In this document: piece by piece, positions 26,991-36,339 of the stretch
Numbering within the stretch: the first letter of the stretch is position 1
Layout: each line of letters begins with the position of its first letter
Origin: Betaproteobacteria bacterium
Lineage (GTDB): Bacteria > Pseudomonadota > Gammaproteobacteria > Burkholderiales > SG8-39
NCBI GenBank assembly: GCA_029883975.1
Contig: JAOUIL010000007.1
Span: forward strand, 1,627-65,626
DNA: 64,000 nt
Direction: 5' to 3'
Position numbers and translations under genes: made by a program
Notes under the pieces: generated by a model
Seen by the model: the letters and a program-made list of their open reading frames with translations, nothing else
What the model was told of the DNA's origin: nothing
The model's database searches: none

Positions 26991-28652
26991 ATGGAGGAAG
27001 AAATCGACGCGCTGGTCATCGGGGCGGGCTTTGCCGGGCTCTACCAGCTTTACAGCCTGCGCGACCGCCTGGGACTGTCCACCCGGTTGCTGGAGGCGGG
27101 CGACGACCTCGGCGGCACCTGGTACTGGAACCGGTATCCCGGCGCGCGCTGCGATTCCGAAAGCCATGCCTACCGCTACTTTTTCTCGAAGGAGCTGAAC
27201 GAGGAGTGGGAGTGGACCGAGCGCTACCCGGGGCCGCCCGAGATCCTCAAGTACCTCGGCCGTGTCGCGGAAAAGTTCGACCTGCGTCGCGACATGCGCT
27301 TCGGCTGCCGCGTCGTCTCGGCGCGGTACGACGAGGGCGCCAATCGGTGGGTGGTGGAAACCGCCGCGGGAGAGCGCTACGCGGCCACCTACCTCGTCGC
27401 CGCGGTCGGCTGCCTTTCTTCGGCGAACGTGCCCGACATTCCCGGCCTGCGCGATTTTGCCGGCCAGTGGTTCCATACCGGGCGCTGGCCGCACGAAGGC
27501 GTGGACCTCGCCGGCAAGCGCGTCGGGCAGATCGGCACCGGCTCGACCGGCATCCAGGCCGCGCCCGTCATCGCCCAGTCGGCGGCGCACCTCACGGTGT
27601 TCCAGCGCACCGCGACCTACAGCGTGCCGGCGCGCAACGCTCCGCTGACTCCCGAGTTCAATCGCTGGGTGCGGGAAAACCACGCGGAAATCCGCGCGGT
27701 CGCCGAATCCACGCCCAACGGGCATGCCTTTCGCATCGCCGATCGCAACGTCGCGGACGTGACGCCCGAGGAACGCCGGGCCATCTACGAAGCCGCGTGG
27801 GAAAAGGGCGGGCTGCAGTTCCGCGCCACGTTCCGCGACCTGCTCGTGAACCAGGCAGCGAACGACACGGCCTGCGAGTTCATCAAAGGCCGCATCCGTG
27901 CCATCGTGCGCGACCCGGAGACCGCGCGAGCGCTCGCCGACGTCGACCACCCCTATGCCACGAAGCGCCCGCCGATCGACACCGGGTACTACGAAACCTT
28001 CAACCGCGACAACGTCACGCTCGTCGACCTGCGCGCCGACCCGATCGAATGCATCATGCCGCGCGGCATCCGCACGCGCAGCAGGGAGCACGCGCTCGAC
28101 GTCATCGTCTTCGCCACCGGCTACGACGCGATGACCGGCGCGCTGCTCGCGATCGACATTCGCGGCCGCGAGGGCCGCTCGCTGCGCGACGACTGGCGCG
28201 CCGGCCCCCACACCTATCTCGGCCTGCAGGTGCCGGGATACCCGAACTTCTTCACCATCACGGGGCCGGGCAGCCCTTCGGTGCTCACCAACATGCCGGT
28301 GGCCATCGAGCAGCACGTGGAATGGATCACCGGCTGCATCGCGCACCTGCGCAGGAACGGCATCGACGCCATCGAGCCGGATCCGGAGGCGGTGCGCCGC
28401 TGGGATGCGCACGTGGAGGAAGCCGCCAACGCCACGCTGCTGAGCAAGGCGAAGCACTCGTGGTACTACGGCGCCAATGTGCCGGGCAAGCCGCGCGTGT
28501 TCATGCCCTACGCCGGGGGTCTCGCCCGCTATCGCGCGATCTGCGCGGACGTCGCGGCGAAGGGCTACGAGGGGTTCCTGCTGGGCAGGACGCCGGTGGC
28601 GCGCAGCGCTTCGATGGGCGAGTTCGCCGAGGCGCGCGGCGTGGGGGTCTGA
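26991..28652 (+). CDS. Baeyer-Villiger-type flavin monooxygenase (class B FMO)
   Basis: GAGFAGLY, the BVMO fingerprint FAGQWFHTGRWPHEGVD (FxGxxxHxxxWP), and a second dinucleotide motif GQIGTGSTGIQ. An alternative start is ATG 26931. Confidence 0.85.
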   Translation: MEEEIDALVIGAGFAGLYQLYSLRDRLGLSTRLLEAGDDLGGTWYWNRYPGARCDSESHAYRYFFSKELNEEWEWTERYPGPPEILKYLGRVAEKFDLRRDMRFGCRVVSARYDEGANRWVVETAAGERYAATYLVAAVGCLSSANVPDIPGLRDFAGQWFHTGRWPHEGVDLAGKRVGQIGTGSTGIQAAPVIAQSAAHLTVFQRTATYSVPARNAPLTPEFNRWVRENHAEIRAVAESTPNGHAFRIADRNVADVTPEERRAIYEAAWEKGGLQFRATFRDLLVNQAANDTACEFIKGRIRAIVRDPETARALADVDHPYATKRPPIDTGYYETFNRDNVTLVDLRADPIECIMPRGIRTRSREHALDVIVFATGYDAMTGALLAIDIRGREGRSLRDDWRAGPHTYLGLQVPGYPNFFTITGPGSPSVLTNMPVAIEQHVEWITGCIAHLRRNGIDAIEPDPEAVRRWDAHVEEAANATLLSKAKHSWYYGANVPGKPRVFMPYAGGLARYRAICADVAAKGYEGFLLGRTPVARSASMGEFAEARGVGV

Positions 28653-28653
28653 G

Positions 28654-29652
28654 TCAGCCTGCCGGCCGGCGCGCGAATCTCGGGTACACCCGCCTGACGT
28701 TGCCCTCGAAGATCTTCTCGCGCTCCGCGGCGCTCAGGCCGCCGGCGGCGTCGACGTAGCGCCGCGTGTCGTCGTAGTAGTACCCGGTTTCCGGGTCCAC
28801 GCCGCGCACCGCGCCGACGATCTCCGAGGCGAACAGGATGTTCTCCGCCGGGATGACCTTCAGCAGCAGCTCGATGCCGGGCAGGTGGTAGACGCAGGTG
28901 TCGAAGAAGACGTTCTTCAGCAGCAGCTCCTTCAGCGGCGGCTTGCCCATGTCCTGCGCCAGGCCCCGGTAGCGGCCCCAGTGGTAGGGCACCGCGCCGC
29001 CGCCGTGCGGGATGACGAACTTGAGCGCAGGGAAGTCCTTGAACAGGTCCGACTGGATGAACTGCATGAACGCGGTCGTATCGGCGTTGATGTAGTGCGC
29101 GCCCGTGAAGTGGAAGGCCGGATTGCAGGAGGAGCTGACGTGCACCATCGCGGGCACCTCGAGCTCGACGAGCTTCTCGTACAGCGGGTACCAGAACCGG
29201 TCGCCGAGCGGCGGCGCCTTCCACCAGCCGCCGGAAGGGTCGGGGTTGAGGTTGACGCCGATGAAGCCGAGCTCCTGCACGCAGCGTACGAGCTCCGGGA
29301 TGCAGTTCTCCGGCGGAACGCCGGGGGACTGGGGCAGCTGGCACACCGGCGCGAAGTTGGACGGATGCAGGCTGCAGACGCGGTGGATCAGGTCGTTGCA
29401 CTTCCGCGACCAGGTCTCGCTCATCTTCGCGTCGCCGACGTGGTGCTCCATGGAGCCGGCGCGCGGCGAGAAGAACGTCAGGTCGGTGCCGCGCTCGCGC
29501 TGGATGCGCAGCTGGTTCTTCTCCAGCGTCTCGCGGATCTCGTCGTCGGAGATCCTGAGCGGCCCCGGGTCCTGGCCCGCCACCTGGCGCTTGCGCCACT
29601 CCCACAGCGCCTGCGGCGCGGTCGTGTAATGGCCGTGGCAATCGACGATCAC
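28654..29652 (-). CDS. amidohydrolase-2 family hydratase/decarboxylase, LigJ (4-oxalomesaconate hydratase)-like
   Basis: GTG 29652 overlaps the upstream stop (GTGA). VIVDCHGHY, PPLGDRFWYPLYEKLVELEVPAMVH and PHGGGAVPYHWGRY closely follow the LigJ pattern as I recall it. Confidence 0.75.
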   Translation of the reverse strand: MIVDCHGHYTTAPQALWEWRKRQVAGQDPGPLRISDDEIRETLEKNQLRIQRERGTDLTFFSPRAGSMEHHVGDAKMSETWSRKCNDLIHRVCSLHPSNFAPVCQLPQSPGVPPENCIPELVRCVQELGFIGVNLNPDPSGGWWKAPPLGDRFWYPLYEKLVELEVPAMVHVSSSCNPAFHFTGAHYINADTTAFMQFIQSDLFKDFPALKFVIPHGGGAVPYHWGRYRGLAQDMGKPPLKELLLKNVFFDTCVYHLPGIELLLKVIPAENILFASEIVGAVRGVDPETGYYYDDTRRYVDAAGGLSAAEREKIFEGNVRRVYPRFARRPAG

Positions 29653-30446
29653 GCGAGGAGCTCCTCCACCGCGTAGCGCTGCGGGATGAGGCCCTGCCGG
29701 TGCACGAAGTCGACCGCCACCTCGAGGTTGCGGCGGTTCGCCTCCAGGCCGATCGGGTTCATCTCGGGGTTGCCGGCGGCGGCGAAGCTTTCCTCGAGGA
29801 GGCGCATCAGCGGCGCAGCGTCCACCTGCGGCTTGACCGCCACCATGTGATTGATCTGGATGGCGCCCTTCCTCGCGCGCCACTCGCGCGCGGCGGCCGC
29901 CGCGTCCGGGATCACCGGCACGATGCGCGGGTCGGCGACCGGCGCGTCGCCCAGCACGGCGGCGTCGACGTCGCCCGCGAGCAGCATCTCCTCCGGCTTG
30001 CGCCCCGACGGCGCGCGCACGACGTTGGGCGGGTCGCGGAACTCGGCGACGTGCGCCTCTTCGAACGTCACCCAGGTGATCTTGCCGCAGTCCACGCCGT
30101 GGTCCTCGGCGAGGATGCCGCGGATCCACATGCCGGTGGTCACCGAGTAGGAGCGCACCGCCACGCGCGTACCTTCGAGCGCGCGCGGCGAGACCGGACG
30201 CTTGCTGTCGCACACGAGGCGCGGATGCTGCATGCGCGCGAGCACCACGGCGGGCAGCAGGCGATAGGGCTTGCCGGCCGCCTTGGCCATGAGGAAGGTC
30301 GTGATGGCGAGCTCCGCGAAATCGAACTCCAGGCCGCGCACCACGCGCTTGAATCCCGCGCTCGGTGGGCGCACGTCTTCGAATTGCAGCGCAGCGCTTT
30401 TCTTGAACGCCGCGGTGCAGGCGTAGTCGGCGAGCAGCGCCTTCAT
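29649..30446 (-). CDS. periplasmic-binding-protein-fold cytoplasmic protein (4,5-dihydroxyphthalate decarboxylase / NMT1-like)
   Basis: 265 aa from ATG 30446 with no signal peptide. The family assignment is tentative. It has 4-nt overlaps with both neighbours. Confidence 0.5.
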   Translation of the reverse strand: MKALLADYACTAAFKKSAALQFEDVRPPSAGFKRVVRGLEFDFAELAITTFLMAKAAGKPYRLLPAVVLARMQHPRLVCDSKRPVSPRALEGTRVAVRSYSVTTGMWIRGILAEDHGVDCGKITWVTFEEAHVAEFRDPPNVVRAPSGRKPEEMLLAGDVDAAVLGDAPVADPRIVPVIPDAAAAAREWRARKGAIQINHMVAVKPQVDAAPLMRLLEESFAAAGNPEMNPIGLEANRRNLEVAVDFVHRQGLIPQRYAVEELLA

Positions 30447-31318
30447 CTGCCCATCGCCTTGCGGATGGCTTTCACCAGCGCGACGCGATCTTCGGTCTTC
30501 GTCTTCAGGCCCATGTCCGCGACCCACTGCTGGCGCACCGCAGTCGCGGCCGCCATGGTCGGCTCCATGCCGATGCTGCGCAGCGTCTCGGAAACCTCGC
30601 GCATCTCGGCGGCGCGGCGCTTGCCGTGGCTCACCACGCGCTCGATCATGTAGCCGGAAAGCTCGTGCCAGTCGATCCCGGGCCAAGTCTCCTTGAGCGA
30701 GGCGAGCACGCGATCCTCGACGCCGTATTCGGCCGAGGCGGTCATCGACTCGACGAGCAGCGCTTCCAGCCCCTTCACCACGATCGAGCGGAACATCTTG
30801 ATGGCGGAAGCCTGTCCGACTTCATCGGAGACGAGCTCCATCTTCATGCCGAGCGCGGTTGCACGCGGCCCGAGCGCGGTGGCGCCGGGCCCGCCGACGA
30901 GGCAGGGCACCTTGTGAAGATACGGCGCCGCCGGCGCCATCACCGCGACGTCCACGTAGGCGGCGCCGGTGGGCGCGACGAGCGCCGCGGTCTCGATCTT
31001 GCGATTGGGCGAGACCGAGTTCATGTCGAGGACCAGCTGCCCCTGGCGCAAGCCCGGCAGGCACGAGCGCGCCGCCTCGAGGCTCGAGGAAGCGGTCACC
31101 GTCAGCATCACCAGATCCGCCTCGCGCACCGCGTCCACGTGGTCGCGCGCGAGGCCGACGCCAAGTTCGTGCGCCGCGGTTTCGAGGCGCGCGCCCGGCG
31201 GCGTGCCGAACAGGATGTCGTAGGCGCGGATCGCGGGCTTGCCCGCTTCCTTGACCAGCCCGCGGCTGATCGTCTGCCCGGCCTCGCCGAAGCCGATGAA
31301 GGCGATCCGTTCGCTCAT
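30443..31318 (-). CDS. NAD(P)-dependent oxidoreductase (6-phosphogluconate dehydrogenase-like NAD-binding domain)
   Basis: 291 aa from ATG 31318 with the N-terminal IAFIGFGEAGQ (GxGxxG) motif. ATGA overlaps occur at both ends. Confidence 0.75.
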   Translation of the reverse strand: MSERIAFIGFGEAGQTISRGLVKEAGKPAIRAYDILFGTPPGARLETAAHELGVGLARDHVDAVREADLVMLTVTASSSLEAARSCLPGLRQGQLVLDMNSVSPNRKIETAALVAPTGAAYVDVAVMAPAAPYLHKVPCLVGGPGATALGPRATALGMKMELVSDEVGQASAIKMFRSIVVKGLEALLVESMTASAEYGVEDRVLASLKETWPGIDWHELSGYMIERVVSHGKRRAAEMREVSETLRSIGMEPTMAAATAVRQQWVADMGLKTKTEDRVALVKAIRKAMGR

Positions 31319-31905
31319 TTCGAATGCAGCGTGGTGTCCTGCCCCGGCGGCGGATTGGCGATCGCGTCCTCGAGCGTCGCTTCCTCGCACCATTCCCCGG
31401 GCGGGCGGATGCGGCCATCGCTGCCGACCTGGTCGAGGCCCCAGTACAGCTCGAGGAAGTGGTTGTCCGGGTCGCGGAACTCGACCGCCATCTGGCAGCC
31501 GGCGCGGCGCCGGCCCTCGTAGTCGATCTTCACGCCGTGCTTCCTCAGGTGGTCGCGCGAACGCAGCAGCTCCTCCAGCGTCGCGAGCTCGAAGGCGAGG
31601 TGGTGCATCTCCCTGGCGGAGGCGTCCTCCTTCATGCCGCCCACCAGCGCGAGGCAGTGGTGGTCGGTGTTGCAGCGCAGGAACACCATGCCGCCCTTCA
31701 TCATGGTCTGCGGATAGACGTCGGAGACGCGAAAGCCGAGCACGCCGGTGTAGAACGCCACCGAGCGCTGCAGATCCTTCACCCGCAGCACCACGTGGCC
31801 GAGCTTTAGCACCTTGAATGGCAGCCCCGCGGGCGGCGCCATGCGGCGCAGGGCCTCGGCTTCGGGGCCCTTCAGTCCTTCCAGGTCTACGACGCCACGC
31901 GGCAT
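31315..31905 (-). CDS. VOC-family (glyoxalase/extradiol dioxygenase fold) protein, small extradiol dioxygenase-like
   Basis: 196 aa with candidate metal ligands arranged as LGHVVL ... HHLAFE ... FLELYW (H/H/E). The start could instead be the internal Met-22. Confidence 0.7.
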   Translation of the reverse strand: MPRGVVDLEGLKGPEAEALRRMAPPAGLPFKVLKLGHVVLRVKDLQRSVAFYTGVLGFRVSDVYPQTMMKGGMVFLRCNTDHHCLALVGGMKEDASAREMHHLAFELATLEELLRSRDHLRKHGVKIDYEGRRRAGCQMAVEFRDPDNHFLELYWGLDQVGSDGRIRPPGEWCEEATLEDAIANPPPGQDTTLHSK

Positions 31906-31978
31906 GAGGCGTCACTGTAGGCCAGCGGTGCGCGGTGCTCCAATGAATTTTGCGGGCCCGGCGATACCGAAGCGGGTA

Positions 31979-32929
31979 TCAGGCGTGGCGACGCGCCGCC
32001 TCGCGCAGCGCCTGGACGAGGTCGGCCGCGGCGGGCGCGAGCGGCCGGCCGGTCGCCGTGATCACCCCCACCGGCCCCGAGGGCGGCGGCAGCATCACGG
32101 GCAGCACGCGCAGCAGCCCGAGCGCGGCGTACTCGCGCGCCACGGTGCGCGGCATGACGCCGAGCATGTCGGACCCTTGCACGAGCATCTTGTTCACCGC
32201 GATGGAGACAGACTCCACGAGGCGCCGCGGCGGCGCCACGCCCGCCTGGCGGAACGCGGCGTCCAGCCGCCGCCGGTACGGCGCGTCGGGCGCGGGCACG
32301 ATCCACATCTCGCCGGCCAGGTCGGCGAGCGCGAGCGCGCGCCGCCGCCCGAGCGGATGCCCGGCGCGCGCCACCACCTGCATCGGCTCGTTGTAGAACG
32401 TCTCGAACTCGAGGCCCTCGCCCGGCACGTCGCTGGTCACGCGCCCGACCACGAGGTCGAGCTCGCCGCGGCGCAGCGCGGGCAGCAGGGCCGTGGCGCT
32501 GCCTTCCTGCACCAGCACCGTGTGGTGGGGGTGGCGCTGCTTGAAGCGCGCGAGCGCGCGCGGCACCAGCACTGGCGCGGCGACGAGCAGCGCGCCGATG
32601 GCCACGCGGCCGGATGCGCCTTCGGCCAGCGAGTTCATTTCCTCGCGCGCGTGGTCGAGCGTGGCGAGCATGGCGCGCGCGTGGCGGATCAGGCTCTCGC
32701 CGTAGGCGTTGGGCGTGAGCCCGCGCGGGCCGCGCTCGAACAGGCGCAGGCCGAGCATGCGCTCCAGGCCGCCGAGCAGCCGCGTGGCCGCGGGCTGCGT
32801 CATGCGCAGGCTGGCGGCGGCGCGGTGCATGTTGCGCTGCTCGTCGAGCGCCACCAGCAGCAGCACCTGGCGCATCTTCAGGCGCGAGCGCAGGAACCAG
32901 TCGGGCAGGATGCGGGTGGCCGGGGGCAC
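31979..32929 (-). CDS. LysR-family transcriptional regulator
   Basis: 316 aa with the wHTH segment HRAAASLRMTQPAATRLLGGLE and a LysR substrate-binding domain. Confidence 0.85.
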   Translation of the reverse strand: MPPATRILPDWFLRSRLKMRQVLLLVALDEQRNMHRAAASLRMTQPAATRLLGGLERMLGLRLFERGPRGLTPNAYGESLIRHARAMLATLDHAREEMNSLAEGASGRVAIGALLVAAPVLVPRALARFKQRHPHHTVLVQEGSATALLPALRRGELDLVVGRVTSDVPGEGLEFETFYNEPMQVVARAGHPLGRRRALALADLAGEMWIVPAPDAPYRRRLDAAFRQAGVAPPRRLVESVSIAVNKMLVQGSDMLGVMPRTVAREYAALGLLRVLPVMLPPPSGPVGVITATGRPLAPAAADLVQALREAARRHA

Positions 32930-32942
32930 GCGGCGATGCTGG

Positions 32943-32958
32943 TTTCGATATCAGGAAA
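32943..32958. promoter_or_regulatory. candidate LysR-type box TTTC-N8-GAAA
   Basis: Short dyad in the 80-bp LysR / TPP-enzyme divergent spacer, about 50-65 nt upstream of the predicted transcription start. Confidence 0.25.
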
Positions 32959-32971
32959 CGCCGCAATTCTA

Positions 32972-33001
32972 TTGGAAGCGGCGCGGACCGTCGGCTATAA
33001 G
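32972..33001 (+). promoter_or_regulatory. sigma70-like promoter (TTGGAA - 18 nt - TATAAG) for the TPP enzyme gene, implying a near-leaderless mRNA
   Basis: The -10 hexamer ends 8 nt before ATG 33010, and no Shine-Dalgarno sequence lies between them. Confidence 0.3.
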
Positions 33002-33009
33002 ATGGGCCG

Positions 33010-34593
33010 ATGAACGTCTCGGACGTCATGGTGGGATACCTGAGGGCGGCCGGCATCGGCCACGTCTTCGGCTATCCCGGCGACCCGAACATCGAGTTCA
33101 TGGAGTCCGTACGCCGCGCGGGCATGCAGTTCGTGCTCGGACGGCGCGAGGGCACCGCGGGCCTGATGGCCGAGGCCTACGGCTTCCTCACCGGGCGGCC
33201 GGGCGTGTGCATGTCCACGCTCGGGCCGGGCTCGTCGAACCTCGTCAACGCGGTGGCGAACGCCTGGCTCGATCGCGTGCCGATGATCGCTCTCTCGGGC
33301 CAGATCGAGCGCAAGCGCGAGCAGACCTTCACGCACCAGGTGCTCGACCACAACCGGCTGTTCTCGCCGGTGAGCAAGTGGACGACGCACGTCGCCGCCG
33401 ACACCGTGGGCGGAATCATGCGCCGCGCGCTGCGCACGGCGATGGGCGAGCGCCCGGGGCCGGTGCACATCACGACGCACGCCGACGTCGTAGGGGCGGA
33501 GGCGAAGGACGCCGGGATCGCACTGCCGCCGCTCGCAGCCAGCGCCTTCGGTGGTGACGCGGGGATCGCGGCGCGCCTGAAGAAGGCGAGGAAGCCGGTC
33601 ATCCTCGCCGGCATCGCCGCGCAGCGCGCCAACGCGCACCAGGCGCTCGCGCGCCTTGCCGAGAAGGCCGGCATTCCGGTGGTGGTCGCGCCGATGGCGA
33701 AAGGCGTGCTCGCCGAGGACCACCCGTACTACGCGGGCACGCTCGACATGGCGTGCAACGCGCTCATGTGGAAGTTCCTGGCGGGCTGCGATCTGCTGCT
33801 CGCCGTGGGCTTCGACGCCGTAGAGCTCATCAAGCCGTGGTCGCTCTCGGTGCCCACGGTGCACGTCGACGCGTTGCCCAACACCGACCAGATCTACCGC
33901 GCCGAGGTCGAGGTGGTGGGCGACATCGCTGCGATCGTCGAAGGGGTCGCCGACGCCTGGAAGGGCGAGCCGCGCTGGACGCAGGCGGCGGCGAAGCGCC
34001 ACCGCGACGCCTTGCGCGCCGCGTACTACGCGGGGCGCGTGAAGGGCAAGCTCAACCCGACGGACGTGATCGACGCGGTGCGCGAGGCGCTGCCGCGCGA
34101 GGCGATCGCCACCACCGACGTCGGCTCGCACAAGCTGCTCGTCGGGCAGGGGTGGGCCACCTATGCGCCGCGCTCCGTATTGATGTCGAACGGCCTTTCG
34201 TCCATGGGCTATTCGCTGCCGGCGGCGATGGTCGCGCAGATGCTCCACCCGACGCGCCCGGTGGTGTGCTTCATCGGCGACGGCGGTCTCGCCATGGTGC
34301 AAGGCGAGCTGCGGCTCGCGGCGAGCCTGAAGCTGCCGCTGCTGGTCGTCGTGTTCTGCGACCAGAGCCTCAACCGCATCGAGATCAAGCAGGCGAACCG
34401 CAAGTACCCGAGCTGGGGGACGCTGATCGAGGCCACCGACCTTGAGCTGCTCGCGCGCTCGATGGGTTGCGAGGGCGCGAGCGTGGCGAGCCCCCCGGCG
34501 TTCGAGCGCCTGCTCGCGGGCAAGCGGCCGAAGGATCGGCCGCTGGTCGTCGGCGCCCGGATCGATCCGGCGCAGTACACGCAGCAGTTCTGA
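33010..34593 (+). CDS. thiamine diphosphate-dependent enzyme (acetolactate synthase large-subunit family)
   Basis: 527 aa with FGYPGDPNIEF, LGPGSSNL and the ThDP motif IGDGGLAM... Confidence 0.85.
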   Translation: MNVSDVMVGYLRAAGIGHVFGYPGDPNIEFMESVRRAGMQFVLGRREGTAGLMAEAYGFLTGRPGVCMSTLGPGSSNLVNAVANAWLDRVPMIALSGQIERKREQTFTHQVLDHNRLFSPVSKWTTHVAADTVGGIMRRALRTAMGERPGPVHITTHADVVGAEAKDAGIALPPLAASAFGGDAGIAARLKKARKPVILAGIAAQRANAHQALARLAEKAGIPVVVAPMAKGVLAEDHPYYAGTLDMACNALMWKFLAGCDLLLAVGFDAVELIKPWSLSVPTVHVDALPNTDQIYRAEVEVVGDIAAIVEGVADAWKGEPRWTQAAAKRHRDALRAAYYAGRVKGKLNPTDVIDAVREALPREAIATTDVGSHKLLVGQGWATYAPRSVLMSNGLSSMGYSLPAAMVAQMLHPTRPVVCFIGDGGLAMVQGELRLAASLKLPLLVVVFCDQSLNRIEIKQANRKYPSWGTLIEATDLELLARSMGCEGASVASPPAFERLLAGKRPKDRPLVVGARIDPAQYTQQF

Positions 34594-34606
34594 ACGGGAG
34601 CGACGC

Positions 34607-35347
34607 ATGGACCTCGAGTTGAAAGGGCGCACCGCACTGGTCACCGGCGCCTCGGCCGGCATCGGCCGCGGCATCGCGCTCGCGCTCGCCGCCGAGGGCG
34701 TGCGCCTGGCGGTGACCGCACGCCGGCGCGAGCGGCTGGAGGCGCTGGAGAAGGAGATCGGCGCGCAGCTCGTGATCATCGAGCAGGACTTCATGCAGGA
34801 AGGCGCGCCGCAGAAGATCGCCGCGGCCGCGCTGGCCGGCCTGGGCAGCGTCGACATCCTGGTCAACAACGCCGGCGGCTCGCGCCCCTTCAAGCTCGAG
34901 GCGAGCGAGGCGCAGTGGGAGGAGGCGCTGACGCTCAACTTCACGCGCCAGCGCCAGCTCGCGCACGCGCTGCTGGCGCAGATGGTGGAGCGCAACTGGG
35001 GCCGCATCATCAACATCACGGGCAAGAGCGAGCCCGAGGGCGTGAACGGGGCGTTCGCCGCCAAGGCGGCGATGCACGCCTGGGCGAAGGGCCTGTCGCG
35101 CGAGGTCGGCCGGCACGGCATCACGGTGAACTGCATCCCGCCCGGGCGCATCATGAGCGAGCAGATCGAGCGCAACTACACGCCCGAGTACCGCAAGTGG
35201 CAGGCCGAGCACGAGATCCCGATGGGCCGCTACGGCGAGCCTGCGGACCTCGCCAACCTGGCGTGCTTTCTCGCCTCGCCGCGCGCCGGCTACATCACCG
35301 GCGCGGTGATCCCGGTGGACGGGGGCCTGCGGCGCTACCAGTTCTAG
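34607..35347 (+). CDS. SDR-fold protein lacking the canonical catalytic Tyr
   Basis: VTGASAGIGRGIA and NNAGG are present. The YxxxK position reads GAFAAKAA, with no Tyr four residues before the Lys. Confidence 0.8.
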   Translation: MDLELKGRTALVTGASAGIGRGIALALAAEGVRLAVTARRRERLEALEKEIGAQLVIIEQDFMQEGAPQKIAAAALAGLGSVDILVNNAGGSRPFKLEASEAQWEEALTLNFTRQRQLAHALLAQMVERNWGRIINITGKSEPEGVNGAFAAKAAMHAWAKGLSREVGRHGITVNCIPPGRIMSEQIERNYTPEYRKWQAEHEIPMGRYGEPADLANLACFLASPRAGYITGAVIPVDGGLRRYQF

Positions 35348-35354
35348 CGCGCCG

Positions 35355-36317
35355 CTAGTCGGCGCGCGCGCCCGAGACCTTCACCACCTCGGCCCAGCGC
35401 GCCACTTCCTCGCGCAGCGTCTTCGAGAACTCCTCGGGCGTGCTGCCCACCGGGTTCGCGCCCTGCTCGAGCATGCGCTTGCGCATCTCAGGGTCGCGCG
35501 TGGCGCGGATGACGCCCTCGGCGACCTTGTGCACGATCTCGGGCGGCGTCTTCGACGGCGCGAACAAGCCGTACCACACCGAGACCTCGACGCCCGCGAA
35601 GCCCGCCTCCTTCATGGTCGGCACGTCGGGCAGCTGCGGGTCGCGCTGCGCGGCCGCCGTGGCGAGCGCGCGCAGCCGGCCGGCCTTCACGTGGCCCTGG
35701 ATGGCGGGAACGTTGGCGAAGGAAAGGTCCACCTCGCCGGCGATGAGCGCGGTGAGCGAAGGCGACGAGCCCTTGTAGGGGATGTGCACGATGTAGGTCT
35801 TGGTGCGCAGCTTGAACAGCTCGGCCGCGAGGTGCTGCGTGGTGCCGACGCCCGCCGAGGAGTAGTTGAGCTTGCCGGGCGACTTGCGCGCCAGGGCCAC
35901 CAGCTCCTGCACCGTCTGCGCCGGCAGCTTCGCGGGCACCACCAGCACGTTCGGGCTCTCGGAGAACATGGACACCGGCGCGAAGTCGCGCAGCGTGTCG
36001 AACGGCAGGTCGCGGAACAGCGACATGTTGATCGCGATCGCCGCGGTGTTGATGAGCAGCGTGTGGCCGTCGGGCGCGGACTTGGCGACGAAGTCGTTGG
36101 CGATGTTGGTGCTGGCGCCGGGCTTGTTCTCCACCACCACCGGCTGGCCGAGGTGCTCGGCGAGCTTGGGCGCGAGCATGCGCGCATTGATGTCCACGCC
36201 GCCACCGGGCGGGAAGCCGACGATGAGGCGCACGGGGCGCGACGGATAGGCGGTCTGCGCGAGCGCCGGCGCGGCGACGGCGAGCAGTGCGGCGAGCACG
36301 AGAATGCGCTTCATCAC
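35355..36317 (-). CDS. Bug-family tripartite tricarboxylate transporter substrate-binding protein (TctC-like)
   Basis: 320 aa with a signal peptide and AYPSRPVRLIVGFPPGGGVDINAR, typical of Bug proteins. Confidence 0.9.
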   Translation of the reverse strand: MMKRILVLAALLAVAAPALAQTAYPSRPVRLIVGFPPGGGVDINARMLAPKLAEHLGQPVVVENKPGASTNIANDFVAKSAPDGHTLLINTAAIAINMSLFRDLPFDTLRDFAPVSMFSESPNVLVVPAKLPAQTVQELVALARKSPGKLNYSSAGVGTTQHLAAELFKLRTKTYIVHIPYKGSSPSLTALIAGEVDLSFANVPAIQGHVKAGRLRALATAAAQRDPQLPDVPTMKEAGFAGVEVSVWYGLFAPSKTPPEIVHKVAEGVIRATRDPEMRKRMLEQGANPVGSTPEEFSKTLREEVARWAEVVKVSGARAD

Positions 36318-36339
36318 GGCGGTCTCCCTGGGGTGGCGG

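Noticed and set aside
35344-35358. 15-nt palindrome CTAGCGCGCCGCTAG containing the stop codons of both convergent genes (SDR and Bug receptor).
   Set aside because: A 6-bp stem with a 3-nt loop is too short to argue for a terminator or a binding site. It is recorded only as part of the general compaction.
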